From Planctomycetota bacterium (GTDB lineage Bacteria; Planctomycetota; PLA2), in contig DASUGR010000015.1 of assembly GCA_036273915.1 (NCBI GenBank), positions 1-63,829 on the forward strand: a stretch of DNA of 63,829 bases. Reading direction: 5' to 3'. A program made the position numbers and the translations under genes. Within the stretch, counting starts at the first letter, position 1. Every line of letters begins with the position of its first letter. A model generated the notes under the pieces. The model searched no databases, was not told the origin of the DNA, and saw only the letters and a list, made by a program, of their open reading frames with translations. Of this stretch, positions 10,839 through 20,880 are shown in pieces.

Positions 10839-11098
10839 GGCTCGGCCGCCCCTCCCCCCGCGCCCCCCGCCGTCGCCACCACCGACTTGATCTCGGGGAC
10901 CTCCTCGGTGATCGCGCTCTCGAGGCCGTAGCGGAGCGTGATGTCCGATCCCGGGCATCCGATGCAGGCCCCGGTGAGGCGGACGTACGCGGTCGTCCCC
11001 TCGACCCGGTCGAGCTCGACGCCGCCGCCGTCCACGGCGAGGGAGGGACCGATCCGGCGGAGCACCTCGCGCACGCGTTCCTCGAGCGTCGCCTCCAT
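10835..11098 (-). CDS. NifU C-terminal domain (Nfu-type) Fe-S cluster scaffold/carrier protein
   Basis: Internal ATG at 11098 gives an 87-aa product beginning MEATLEERVREVLRRIGPSLAVDGGGVEL. It contains the CIGCPGS (CxxC) motif. Confidence 0.85.
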   Translation of the reverse strand: MEATLEERVREVLRRIGPSLAVDGGGVELDRVEGTTAYVRLTGACIGCPGSDITLRYGLESAITEEVPEIKSVVATAGGAGGGAAEP

Positions 11099-11183
11099 CT
11101 CGCGAAGTCTACCCGAGGGGAAGGAGGGGGGCCGGGGGGGGAGGGAACCGAATCCGGAAGGGACCGGGTGCTTACACTCTTGA

Positions 11184-13364
11184 ATGGGGATGAGCGACAA
11201 CCCGCCGCCCGACGAGGCGTTCCACCTGACGGGCGACCGGCTGGGCAAGTTCATGGTCCTCTCGGAGCTCGGGCGTGGGTCCATGGGGGTCGTCTACGAG
11301 GCATTCCAGGAGGACCTGAAGAGGAAGGTCGCCCTGAAGATCCTCCCCGCCAACATCACGCTGGACGCGAAGCAGGTCCGGCGCTTCCACCGGGAGGCGG
11401 AGTCCGTCGCCCGCCTCCGCCACGACAACGTGATCCAGATCTACGAGGTCGGGCAGATCGATACGACCCACTACTTCGCGATGGAGCTCGTGGACGGCAA
11501 GCCGCTCGACCCCGAGCAGCCCCGCGACCGTGAGGCGGTCCTCCGCGCGGCCCGGATCGCCCGGGACGCGGCGCGCGGCCTCGCCCACGCCCACGAGCGG
11601 GGCGTGATCCACCGGGACGTGAAGCCCGGGAACCTCCTCGTGGACCGGGGCGGCCGGGTCGTGGTCACCGACTTCGGGCTCGCACGGCTCACCGACTCGG
11701 CGAGCCTCACCTCGACGGACGCGATCGTCGGGACGCCGAAGTACATGAGCCCCGAGCAGATCCTCGCGCACGCGCAGCGCCCCGTCGACGGGAGGACGGA
11801 CGTCTACTCGCTCGGCGCCACGCTCTACCACGTGGTCGCGGGCCGCCCCCCCTTCGACGCCCCCACCGTCCAGGGGTTCATCAAGGCGATCCTCGAGGAG
11901 CGCCCCCCGTCCCCCCGCCGCTTCAACCGGCACATCCCGCACGACCTCGCGACGATCATCCGCCGCTGCCTCGAGAAGAACCCCGGCGACCGGTACGCGT
12001 CGGCCACGGAGCTCGCGGACGACCTCGACCGCCTGCTCGCCGGCGAGCGGATCCTCGCGAAGCCGAAGGGGACGCTCGCGCTCGCGGCGGAGGGCATCCG
12101 CCGCCACCGGGTCATCGCGGCCACGAGCGCGGTCGCCGTGATCGCGGTGTTTCTCATGCTCGTCCTCGGCGGCAGGGCGGCGGAGTCGTCGCGGCAGGCG
12201 GAGCTGAGCCGGATCCTCGCGAACGGCGACTACGACGCGGCGGTCTCCGACATCGAGGGCTTCTGCGCGCGGTACCCGGACGACGCCGCGGCGAGGCGGG
12301 CGCGCGCGACCATCTATCGCAACCGGGCGATGGAGCTCGTGAACCGCGCCCTGTTCGATGACGCGATCAAGGACCTGGAGAAGGCGGGCGAGCAGGGATC
12401 CTTCTGGTACCTCACGGCCCTGATCGAGACCGGCCGGCTCGACGAGGCGGCGGCGGAGGCGGAGGCGCTCCCCAAGGACCGGCCCGGCCGCGCGCTCGCC
12501 CTCGCGCGCGTGGCGGCCGCGCAGGGCCGCTACGCCGACGCGATCGGGCTGCTCGAGGGCCCGGTCCCCCCGCCCGAGAGCGACGAGGCCTCGGTCCTGC
12601 GCGCGCTCACGCTCGGCCCCGCCCATCGGGCCATCGGGCACGGCGCCGAGGCCCTCCGCTGCTTCAAGGAGGCGAACGACCGGGCCGCCGGGATCGGCAT
12701 GCCGTGGCTCCGGAGCCGCGCCACCGCCGCGTTCCTCGAGGGGGGCGGGGACGTGAGCGACCTGCTCGCCTCGCTCAACCGGACGGGTGCCGAGGTGCTG
12801 CGCGTGTTCAACGTCTTCAAGGACAGGCTCGCGAGCGCCGAGATCCCCGTGGCCCAGCACCTCGTCGACGGCGTCCTGAGGATCGCGAAGCAGCCGCCCG
12901 TCCCCCCCACGACCCTCGAGGCCATCGCGCAGAAGCGCCTCGAGGGCGCCGAGGGGGAGGAGCGCGCGATCGCCCTCCTCCTGCTCGCGATCGCGCGCCT
13001 GAACATGGACAAGCGCGGGCCCGCGCTCGCGGCGCTCGACGAGGCGGAGCCGATCGCCGCGCCCGAGATCGAGCCGTACGTCTACTGGACGCGCGCACTC
13101 GCCCTGCGCCTGCAGGGGAACGTCTCGCAGGCGGTCCAGTCGGCGCAGCAGGCGATCGAGCTCGCGCTCGCGCGCGCCGACGACTTCCCCGACCTCAGAT
13201 ACCTCTGCGAGCACGTGGCACTCCTCGCCCAGGACGCGCCGGAGGACCAGGCGAAGCGGACCTCGAGGTTCCTGCGCGAGCAGCTCGAGGCGATGCCCGA
13301 GGGCGTCGAGTGGGTCAACGCCCTGCTGCAGCGGCTTTCCGTTTCCGAAGCTCCTCCTCGCTGA
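11184..13364 (+). CDS. Ser/Thr protein kinase with one transmembrane helix and C-terminal TPR-like repeats
   Basis: ORF track, 726 aa. Hanks kinase motifs are present: GRGSMGVVYEA, VALKIL, HRDVKPGNLLV, DFGLA and GTPKYMSPE. A hydrophobic helix (VIAATSAVAVIAVFLMLVL) is followed by a helical repeat region. Confidence 0.92.
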   Translation: MGMSDNPPPDEAFHLTGDRLGKFMVLSELGRGSMGVVYEAFQEDLKRKVALKILPANITLDAKQVRRFHREAESVARLRHDNVIQIYEVGQIDTTHYFAMELVDGKPLDPEQPRDREAVLRAARIARDAARGLAHAHERGVIHRDVKPGNLLVDRGGRVVVTDFGLARLTDSASLTSTDAIVGTPKYMSPEQILAHAQRPVDGRTDVYSLGATLYHVVAGRPPFDAPTVQGFIKAILEERPPSPRRFNRHIPHDLATIIRRCLEKNPGDRYASATELADDLDRLLAGERILAKPKGTLALAAEGIRRHRVIAATSAVAVIAVFLMLVLGGRAAESSRQAELSRILANGDYDAAVSDIEGFCARYPDDAAARRARATIYRNRAMELVNRALFDDAIKDLEKAGEQGSFWYLTALIETGRLDEAAAEAEALPKDRPGRALALARVAAAQGRYADAIGLLEGPVPPPESDEASVLRALTLGPAHRAIGHGAEALRCFKEANDRAAGIGMPWLRSRATAAFLEGGGDVSDLLASLNRTGAEVLRVFNVFKDRLASAEIPVAQHLVDGVLRIAKQPPVPPTTLEAIAQKRLEGAEGEERAIALLLLAIARLNMDKRGPALAALDEAEPIAAPEIEPYVYWTRALALRLQGNVSQAVQSAQQAIELALARADDFPDLRYLCEHVALLAQDAPEDQAKRTSRFLREQLEAMPEGVEWVNALLQRLSVSEAPPR

Positions 13365-15537
13365 TCCGCTCGGGCGCCCCGAGATCGGTCGCGAGGACCG
13401 TGATGAGGCCGTCGGCGCCGTTCGGGTAGCCGTGGAGGAGGATGCCGCCCTCGCCCTTCGGGCCCAGGTAGACGTAACGCTTGCCGTCGCAGCCGGGCAC
13501 GACGAAGGTCTGGGGGTCCATCCAGTCCGCGTCGACGTCCTCGATGCGGTCCGGCAGCCGGCCCTTCTCCTTCTTGTAGTGCTGCAAGCGGGCCCGCAGC
13601 GTGCGGACGTGGTGGCGGCAGACCTGCCCGTCGTCCGTCGTGACCGCGCCCTTCACCGGCGCCGCCGCCTGCACCTCCATGTGGCGGTCATGCCCGGCGC
13701 GGACGAAGTAGAGCGCGAGGCTCGCGCCCGCGAGCGCGGAGAGCGTGAAGCTGCTCGTGTCCACCGAGGCGTAGGACTCCCAGCGGAGCCCGCGCTCGTC
13801 CGACGTGCGCCACGCGACCCTGCCGAAGAGGTGCTGGGAGAGCGTCTCCACGTCGGGGAACTCGTAGAGCTGCGCCGGCGTTGCGCCGCCCGACATCGCC
13901 TGCGCGAACGGCACGAACGTGTCGTAGAAGAGCTCGAAGATCCGCACGAGGTCGAGGTAGGACACGCCCTGCGCGTCGGCGGGCACGACCTGTCGCAGCT
14001 TGCCGAACTCGCGGTTCGTCTCGATCGACGGGCGGTCGCCGCGCTTCACGGCCAGGATGCGCTGGAAGGCGAGCGGGTAGGGGGCCACGACGAGGCGGCC
14101 GTCGACGACGCCGAACGTCGGGGCGAGGGGGACATTGCCGAGGCGCGGATCGCCGAGCGCCATCGCGTGCACGGTGACGTCGCGCAGCTGGAAGGTCTTG
14201 AGCCCCTGGCCCTCGGGCCACGGCAGGCGGGAGAAGAGCTGCACCAGATTCCGCTCGAGCCGGGCGGGGTCCTTGCTCTCGCACACGAGCGCCAGGTCCG
14301 GGATGAGGCCGTGGTTCGGCGCGACGAGGAACGTCATCTCCGGGCCGAGGAGGTCGCAGAGGTCCTCCTTGAGCTTCAGCCCGAAGTCGCGCTCGAGCGG
14401 GACCGCCAGCGCCATCGCCAGCTGGAACCCGCCGAGGTCCATCGCCGTCCGGTGGAGGCCGGGCACGTCCACGTTCCCGCAGGTGACGTAGATGGCGTCC
14501 TGGGGCGCGTACGCGAGGCCGCCGAAGGAGGGCGGGGGACCGCCCTTCTCGAAGAGGCGACCGAGCCCGCCCCGCCGCTCGGCCGGCGCGAAAACGACCG
14601 ACGTGCACGCGCGCGAGCCCTCGCCGGAGACGCGCGCGACGGTCGTCAGGCTCTCGAGGTCGCGGAGCCCGACCTGCGTGAGCATCTGCTGGGCGAACAT
14701 GCCGATCTGGGGGTGCGTCGCCTGCAGCTTCCGGAGGCCGCGATCGACGTGGATCGCGATCTGGGTCGTGGGCGTGCCGTCCCCCGGCACGCTCGCGAGC
14801 ATCTGGAGGTGCCGCGGGTCCGTGGCAAGCGAGTCCGTTACCCGGCCGGCGCGGCGGTCGAGCACGTCGCGGAGCCGCGCCTCGCCGGTCGTGAGCACGA
14901 TCATGTCCCCGACCGGCGCGAGGCAGATCCGCAGCGGCCCGATATCGGCCCACGAGTAGGAGACGCCGGCGTACTCGCCATGCTGGACGAGACGCGCGAG
15001 CTCCTCGTCGATGTCGCCCTCCTCGTCGCGCGCGGCGAGCGAGGCGGCGGCCGCGATGCGCTCGATCGTGGTCACGGCGTCCTTCGCGTCGCCGTCGGTC
15101 TGGAACGCCGCCACGGCATCGACGGGAAGGCGCCCCGCCGGGAAGTCCACGACCGCCACCGCCGCGCGGTTCCGCACCCGGAACGACCGCTCCCCCTTCG
15201 CGTCGCCGTAGGAGACGTCGAGGAAGATGTCGTCCGCCGAGAGCGGCTCGCTGCGGATCGCGAGGAACGCGTCGCCGATCGGGACCTTCATCGACGAGAA
15301 CGAGCTGTCCTTGCCGCGCGACCGCTCGATGAGGGCGCGCATCCGGGGGTCGCTGAAGACCTTGGCCATGGCGAGGGACTTCATCTCCTCGCCCGTGGGC
15401 GTCCGGATCTCCACGTAGACGGGCGTGTCCGGCGGGAGGCACCCGGCGAGGAGGGAATCCTCCGCGGCGGACGCCGCGGCGAGGACGAGCAGGAACGGAA
15501 GGGCGCGGCGCATGGCTGGCATCACACCATCACACAT
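13315..15537 (-). CDS. Secreted hypothetical protein (about 740 aa) with a C-terminal pseudopilin (GspG)-like module
   Basis: ORF track. The signal peptide reads MRRALPFLLVLAAASAAED, and alternative ATG starts exist at 15522 and 15513. The C-terminal 144 aa begin FTLSALAGASLALYFV. They contain LRARLQHYKKEKGRLP and CDGKRYVYLGPKGEGG...GADG, which are reminiscent of T2SS GspG. Confidence 0.7.
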   Translation of the reverse strand: MCDGVMPAMRRALPFLLVLAAASAAEDSLLAGCLPPDTPVYVEIRTPTGEEMKSLAMAKVFSDPRMRALIERSRGKDSSFSSMKVPIGDAFLAIRSEPLSADDIFLDVSYGDAKGERSFRVRNRAAVAVVDFPAGRLPVDAVAAFQTDGDAKDAVTTIERIAAAASLAARDEEGDIDEELARLVQHGEYAGVSYSWADIGPLRICLAPVGDMIVLTTGEARLRDVLDRRAGRVTDSLATDPRHLQMLASVPGDGTPTTQIAIHVDRGLRKLQATHPQIGMFAQQMLTQVGLRDLESLTTVARVSGEGSRACTSVVFAPAERRGGLGRLFEKGGPPPSFGGLAYAPQDAIYVTCGNVDVPGLHRTAMDLGGFQLAMALAVPLERDFGLKLKEDLCDLLGPEMTFLVAPNHGLIPDLALVCESKDPARLERNLVQLFSRLPWPEGQGLKTFQLRDVTVHAMALGDPRLGNVPLAPTFGVVDGRLVVAPYPLAFQRILAVKRGDRPSIETNREFGKLRQVVPADAQGVSYLDLVRIFELFYDTFVPFAQAMSGGATPAQLYEFPDVETLSQHLFGRVAWRTSDERGLRWESYASVDTSSFTLSALAGASLALYFVRAGHDRHMEVQAAAPVKGAVTTDDGQVCRHHVRTLRARLQHYKKEKGRLPDRIEDVDADWMDPQTFVVPGCDGKRYVYLGPKGEGGILLHGYPNGADGLITVLATDLGAPERISEEELRKRKAAAAGR

Positions 15538-15686
15538 CGTGCCGGGCGCCGCCTCCCCCGCGCCCCATCCAACTCCTTACGGCAACACGGGTTACGATCG
15601 AGGAGCACGTGTGCCCGAACGTAAGCGCCCGACACGGTGCGCGAGATCCATACACTCACAATCGGGGGGGTCCCGGGGGCCGCGGG

Positions 15687-17309
<1,623 letters not shown>

Positions 17310-17323
17310 GACCGTTCCCTAAT

Positions 17324-17339
17324 TGCACAGCGGTGTGCA
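17324..17339 (-). promoter_or_regulatory. Perfect inverted repeat TGCACA-N4-TGTGCA, 15-30 nt upstream of the sigma-54 activator start codon
   Basis: Read directly: TGCACAGCGGTGTGCA. It could be an operator or a 5'-UTR hairpin next to the AGGGA Shine-Dalgarno-like element. Confidence 0.3.
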
Positions 17340-17412
17340 TACTCGCAACCCGACCCCTAGGGCGCCAGCAGAAAAACGTGCCCCGGGGGGTCGCGCGACG
17401 TTCCGAAAGACC

Positions 17413-18330
17413 CTAGCCCGTGGCTTTGATGGCCAAGGTCCGGAAGGCCTTGGCCGCCGGGCTCAGCAGCTCCTCCGCCCGGCTGACCAGATGGAAGGAC
17501 CGGCGAACGTCGAACCCCCGGACCCGCAGGGCGACGAGGTTGCCGCGCGAGAGATCGTCCCTGATCGCGAGGTTCGACACGAACGCGAGACCGAGACCCT
17601 CCCGGACCGCCGCCTTCTGCGCCTCGGCGGAGCCGACCTCGCAGGCGATCGCGAGCTTCGCCATCCCCTCCGGCCCGAGGAGCTTCCGGAGCGCCTGCGT
17701 CGTCGCCGCGCGCGTGCCCGACCCCTCCTCGCGCATGACCATCGCGTACTGGAGCAGGTCGGCCGCCTGCACCTGGACTCGCCCGGCCAGCGGATGGTCG
17801 ATCCCCGCGACGAGCGTGAGGCTGTCCTCCCCGATCTTCGTGCTGCGAACGTCCGACGCGTCGGGCGCCGAGCCGATCATGCCGATCTCGATGGTCGCGT
17901 GCCGCACCTGCTCGAGCACGTCGCGCGAGTCGCCGGTGAGCAGGCGGAGACTCACGCCGGGGTGCTCCTTGTGGAACCGCCCGAAGAGCGCGGGGAGGAT
18001 GTAGGAGGCGGGGATCGTCGATCCGCCCACGACGAGCGCTCCCCGGAGGAGCCCCGACAGCTCCTGCACCGCCATGCGCGCGCCCCGTTCGGCCTGGAGT
18101 GCCTGCCGTGCGGGCACCAGGAGGGCGCGGCCGGCGGGCGTCGGGCGGACGCCGCTTCTCTCGCGCTCCACGAGCCGGACCCCGAGGCGGCGCTCGAGAT
18201 CGGCCATGTGCCCGCTCACCGTGGACTGGCTGAGCACGAGGTGGCGGGCGGCTCTGGTGAAGGAGCCCTTCTCCACGAGCGCGACGAAGACCTCAAGCTG
18301 GCGGATGGAAAGCGGATCGTTGACCGACAT
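17413..18330 (-). CDS. LysR-family transcriptional regulator
   Basis: ORF track, 305 aa. The N-terminal wHTH reads IRQLEVFVALVEKGSFTRAARHLVLSQSTVSGHMADLERRLGVRL, followed by a LysR substrate-binding region. Confidence 0.93.
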   Translation of the reverse strand: MSVNDPLSIRQLEVFVALVEKGSFTRAARHLVLSQSTVSGHMADLERRLGVRLVERERSGVRPTPAGRALLVPARQALQAERGARMAVQELSGLLRGALVVGGSTIPASYILPALFGRFHKEHPGVSLRLLTGDSRDVLEQVRHATIEIGMIGSAPDASDVRSTKIGEDSLTLVAGIDHPLAGRVQVQAADLLQYAMVMREEGSGTRAATTQALRKLLGPEGMAKLAIACEVGSAEAQKAAVREGLGLAFVSNLAIRDDLSRGNLVALRVRGFDVRRSFHLVSRAEELLSPAAKAFRTLAIKATG

Positions 18331-18331
18331 G

Positions 18332-18366
18332 AAAAAACCGGGGCCGCCCCGAACAGGCGGCCCCGG
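18332..18366 (-). terminator. Intrinsic terminator of the upstream (18406..) gene, directly abutting the LysR start codon
   Basis: A perfect 11-bp stem, CCGGGGCCGCC (18338-18348) paired with GGCGGCCCCGG (18356-18366), has a 7-nt loop. On the minus strand it is followed by TTTTTT (18332-18337) and then the LysR ATG. Confidence 0.75.
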
Positions 18367-18405
18367 TGTAGCACGTCTTCGTGCAGCTGAAAAGATCAGC
18401 TCCGG

Positions 18406-19077
18406 TCAGGCCTCCGTGCCGTCGGCGGGCTTCTCTTCCTCTCCCTTGGCCTTCAGCTGCTTGATCTTGTTTTCCTTGGCCTCGAAGGCCTCCATCTCGG
18501 CCTTGTACTCTTCCTCGTCGCGGGCGATCTTCTTTTCCTTCGACTTGTTCGGCTTCTCCGCGACCCGGCGCTTCTGGTCCTCGATCGCCGCCTTCTTGCT
18601 CTCGAGCCGATCGAGGTCGTTGAGCAGGCTGATGTAGTCGCGCACCATCGTGTCGAAGTTCGTCTCGTACTCCTGGCGCACGACCATCTGCATCGCCTTC
18701 ACGATCCCGCCGCCCGAGAGCTCGTTGCCCTCGAGAACGGTGACGACCGTGTAGTCGCGCTTCATGAAGATGATCCGCGGGATCTGCTTGCCCGCCTCCT
18801 TGGTCATGCGGTCCTGCGCCGCGTCGCCGGCGGTCATCTTGAAGCACTCGAAGAACTTCGAGCCGATGCCCACCTGCTCCTTGGCGAACGCGACCGAGTC
18901 GAGCTTCCGCGTGGCGCTGTCCGTCGGGTCGTCCGACATGACGTACACCATCATCGGGTGCTCCGCGAAGCGTCCGCGCACTTCCTTGGCATCGGCGGCG
19001 GCCTCCGACTCCCCGGTGGTCACGGCCGTCGGCGCGATCGCCGAGGCGCTCTTCCAGTCAATCCCGAGGCGCGCCAA
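18406..19077 (-). CDS. Thioredoxin-fold-like domain (no CxxC) with a Lys/Glu-rich coiled-coil tail. The N-terminus appears cut off from its signal peptide by an in-frame TGA.
   Basis: ORF track, 223 aa, TTG start. The beta-alpha-beta pattern MMVYVMSDD...FECFKMT...IPRIIFMKRDYTVVTVLEG resembles a redox-inactive thioredoxin fold. The C-terminus reads KKAAIEDQKRRVAEKPNKSKEKKIARDEEEYKAEMEAFEAKENKIKQLK. Confidence 0.7.
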   Translation of the reverse strand: MARLGIDWKSASAIAPTAVTTGESEAAADAKEVRGRFAEHPMMVYVMSDDPTDSATRKLDSVAFAKEQVGIGSKFFECFKMTAGDAAQDRMTKEAGKQIPRIIFMKRDYTVVTVLEGNELSGGGIVKAMQMVVRQEYETNFDTMVRDYISLLNDLDRLESKKAAIEDQKRRVAEKPNKSKEKKIARDEEEYKAEMEAFEAKENKIKQLKAKGEEEKPADGTEA

Positions 19078-19098
19078 ACTGGCGGCGGAACGGGGGCA

Positions 19099-19173
19099 TC
19101 ACCCGGCGTCCGCAGGCCGAACGAGGGCCGCGATGACGACCAAGGCGGGAGCGAATGCGAGAAGGCGGGACAT
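19099..19173 (-). CDS. 24-codon ORF encoding only a Sec-type signal peptide, in frame with CDS 18406..19077 across one TGA
   Basis: GGAGGAACGAATC precedes the ATG at 19173. The product is MSRLLAFAPALVVIAALVRPADAG, followed by TGA at 19099-19101. Seven in-frame codons (CPRSAAS) separate the TGA from the TTG listed as the start of the downstream ORF. Confidence 0.35.
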   Translation of the reverse strand: MSRLLAFAPALVVIAALVRPADAG

Positions 19174-19402
19174 GATTCGTTCCTCCTACGACCAAGTGGC
19201 CCCGGCGGAAGCCGATACCCCCGGGTGCTGTCTATAGGAGTTTACGACCAAAGTGCCACCCTTTCTAAGGGTTTTTCGCTGCGGGGGCGCTCGGGGACGT
19301 CGAATTTCACAAGCCATTACCCAGTATTGACTTATGTCCACGGATTCCCCCGCCGGGGTGGAGGACGGAGCGCGCGGGGGCGTGGACGGACATCCGGCCA
19401 GT

Positions 19403-20476
19403 CTAGGCTGCGGCCGCGGCAGGGGTCGTCGCCGGCGGCGCGGCGGAGAGCTCGTCGCGCTGGGTGAAGAGGAAGGTGTCGTAGTAGTAGTGCGTGAGGA
19501 GCAGGCCCTTCCCGATCATGTAGTAGATCAGGAGCTCGGACACGATGGGCCGGCCGTCGGCGCCCCTCGGGACGATGGCCGCGACCCCGAAGACGATGCC
19601 GATGATGAGAACCGTCCCCGCCACGGCGGAGAGGTAGTACCGGAGGAACCCCGGCACCCCCCGCGCGGAGATCGACCGGACAAATCCCAGCTCGACCTCG
19701 CCGCGGTCCGCCCGTAGGCGGTTGGCGTACCAGATGAGCGCCAAGTACTGGATGCAGTGCCAGCTGTTGATCCCCTGGAAGGCGACGTCGAGGTTCTGGA
19801 ACAGCGGCGTGAAGAACGTGGCGGTGACCGTCGCCGTGAGGAGCGCCGTCTTGCCGTAGTGGAGCGTCCCCCGCAGGTAGCGGCGGACGGTCAGGACGAG
19901 CCAGCCGACGAGGAAGACGCCGAAGACAGCAAACGCCGTGTAGACGAGCCCGGGGCCAAGGATCGCCTCGGGAACGAGCAGTCGCGTTCCGTCCAGCATG
20001 AACGTGCCCTCGACCATCCGCACGGTCGCGAACGGGTAGAGGCAGGAGAAGATGAGGCCGTATTCCGCCCAGCGCTCGAGCGGGGTGGGCGCGATGTCCT
20101 GCCGGCTGCTGTAGCAGTTCGCCACGTAGACGATCTGCTGCAGCACGTGGAGCGACGCCCACGTGAAGAAGACCGTCAGGAAGAGCGGCGTCGCGAGCCA
20201 GGCGAAGGTCGCGGTCAGGAACGGGATCAGGAACGCGAGCCTCGTGTAGATCCGGTGGTTGCGGACGAAGCGCGGGTCCATGTTCGTGCGGGTGAAGGTC
20301 ACGAACACGTGCGGACCGCCGACGAGGAGCATGACGATCATCGCGACGCGTGCGGGCGTCATGCCGAGATGGAAAAGGAGGGGGGCGAGGGGGACGACGA
20401 CGACGCTCCCGATGAGCCACGTCAGGTCCCACTTCGGGCTCTTGATCCAACGGTTCTGCATCGCTTCGGCCAGCAT
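19403..20476 (-). CDS. Polytopic integral membrane protein, function unknown
   Basis: ORF track, 357 aa, with about 9-10 hydrophobic helices and an Ala/Pro-rich tail. I recognise no family. Confidence 0.75.
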   Translation of the reverse strand: MLAEAMQNRWIKSPKWDLTWLIGSVVVVPLAPLLFHLGMTPARVAMIVMLLVGGPHVFVTFTRTNMDPRFVRNHRIYTRLAFLIPFLTATFAWLATPLFLTVFFTWASLHVLQQIVYVANCYSSRQDIAPTPLERWAEYGLIFSCLYPFATVRMVEGTFMLDGTRLLVPEAILGPGLVYTAFAVFGVFLVGWLVLTVRRYLRGTLHYGKTALLTATVTATFFTPLFQNLDVAFQGINSWHCIQYLALIWYANRLRADRGEVELGFVRSISARGVPGFLRYYLSAVAGTVLIIGIVFGVAAIVPRGADGRPIVSELLIYYMIGKGLLLTHYYYDTFLFTQRDELSAAPPATTPAAAAA

Positions 20477-20538
20477 ACATAGGGGGGCCGCCGCTGCAAA
20501 ACCGCGGGTCCGCGGACCGGGCGATCTTCAGGTACGCT

Positions 20539-20880
20539 TTGCGGATGGCCGAGTTCCGGGGCCCCGTCCACCTGGCCGCCGTGGAGATCGAGCGCGCCGT
20601 CCCCGCGGGGACTCCCGGCGCCTTCGCCCTCGGCTTCGCGCGGCCGCAGGAGGGCGCCGTCTTCATCTCGTACGTGGGCCGCTCCGACACGGACCTCCGC
20701 CGCGCCGTGCTGTCCCACGTGGGGAGCCGCTACACGTCCTTCTTCTACCTGCCGCTCCCCTCCGTCGGGGAGGCATACGCGGAGGAGTGCCGGCTCTGGC
20801 ACGAGATGGGCGGCACGGAGCTCGACTCCCCTGACCATCCCGTGCCTCCGGGGGATCACGCGTGCCCGGTCTGCGAGTAG
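20539..20880 (+). CDS. Small hypothetical protein, possibly GIY-YIG-like, ending in a CPxC motif
   Basis: ORF track, 113 aa, TTG start; an alternative ATG lies at 20545. FISYVGRSDTDLRRAVLSH and EAYAEECRLWHE loosely resemble GIY-YIG motifs. The C-terminus is HACPVCE. Confidence 0.55.
   Translation: MRMAEFRGPVHLAAVEIERAVPAGTPGAFALGFARPQEGAVFISYVGRSDTDLRRAVLSHVGSRYTSFFYLPLPSVGEAYAEECRLWHEMGGTELDSPDHPVPPGDHACPVCE

Noticed and set aside
17381-17392. CCCCGGGGGGTC as another member of the G-run motif family
   Set aside because: It has a different structure, a C4G6 self-complementary core, so it was left out of the family count.
19040-19098. A possible SECIS hairpin downstream of the in-frame TGA
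   Set aside because: I could find only a 5-bp stem, CGCCA-GTT-TGGCG, with a 3-nt loop. It does not resemble a bacterial SECIS in size or loop features. Selenocysteine therefore stays a low-probability option pending a proper search.
19243-19257. A sigma-54 promoter at GTGGCACTTTGGTCGT (minus strand)
   Set aside because: The -24 TGGCAC is perfect, but the position 10 nt after GG is GT rather than the near-invariant GC. It is reported only as part of a direct repeat.
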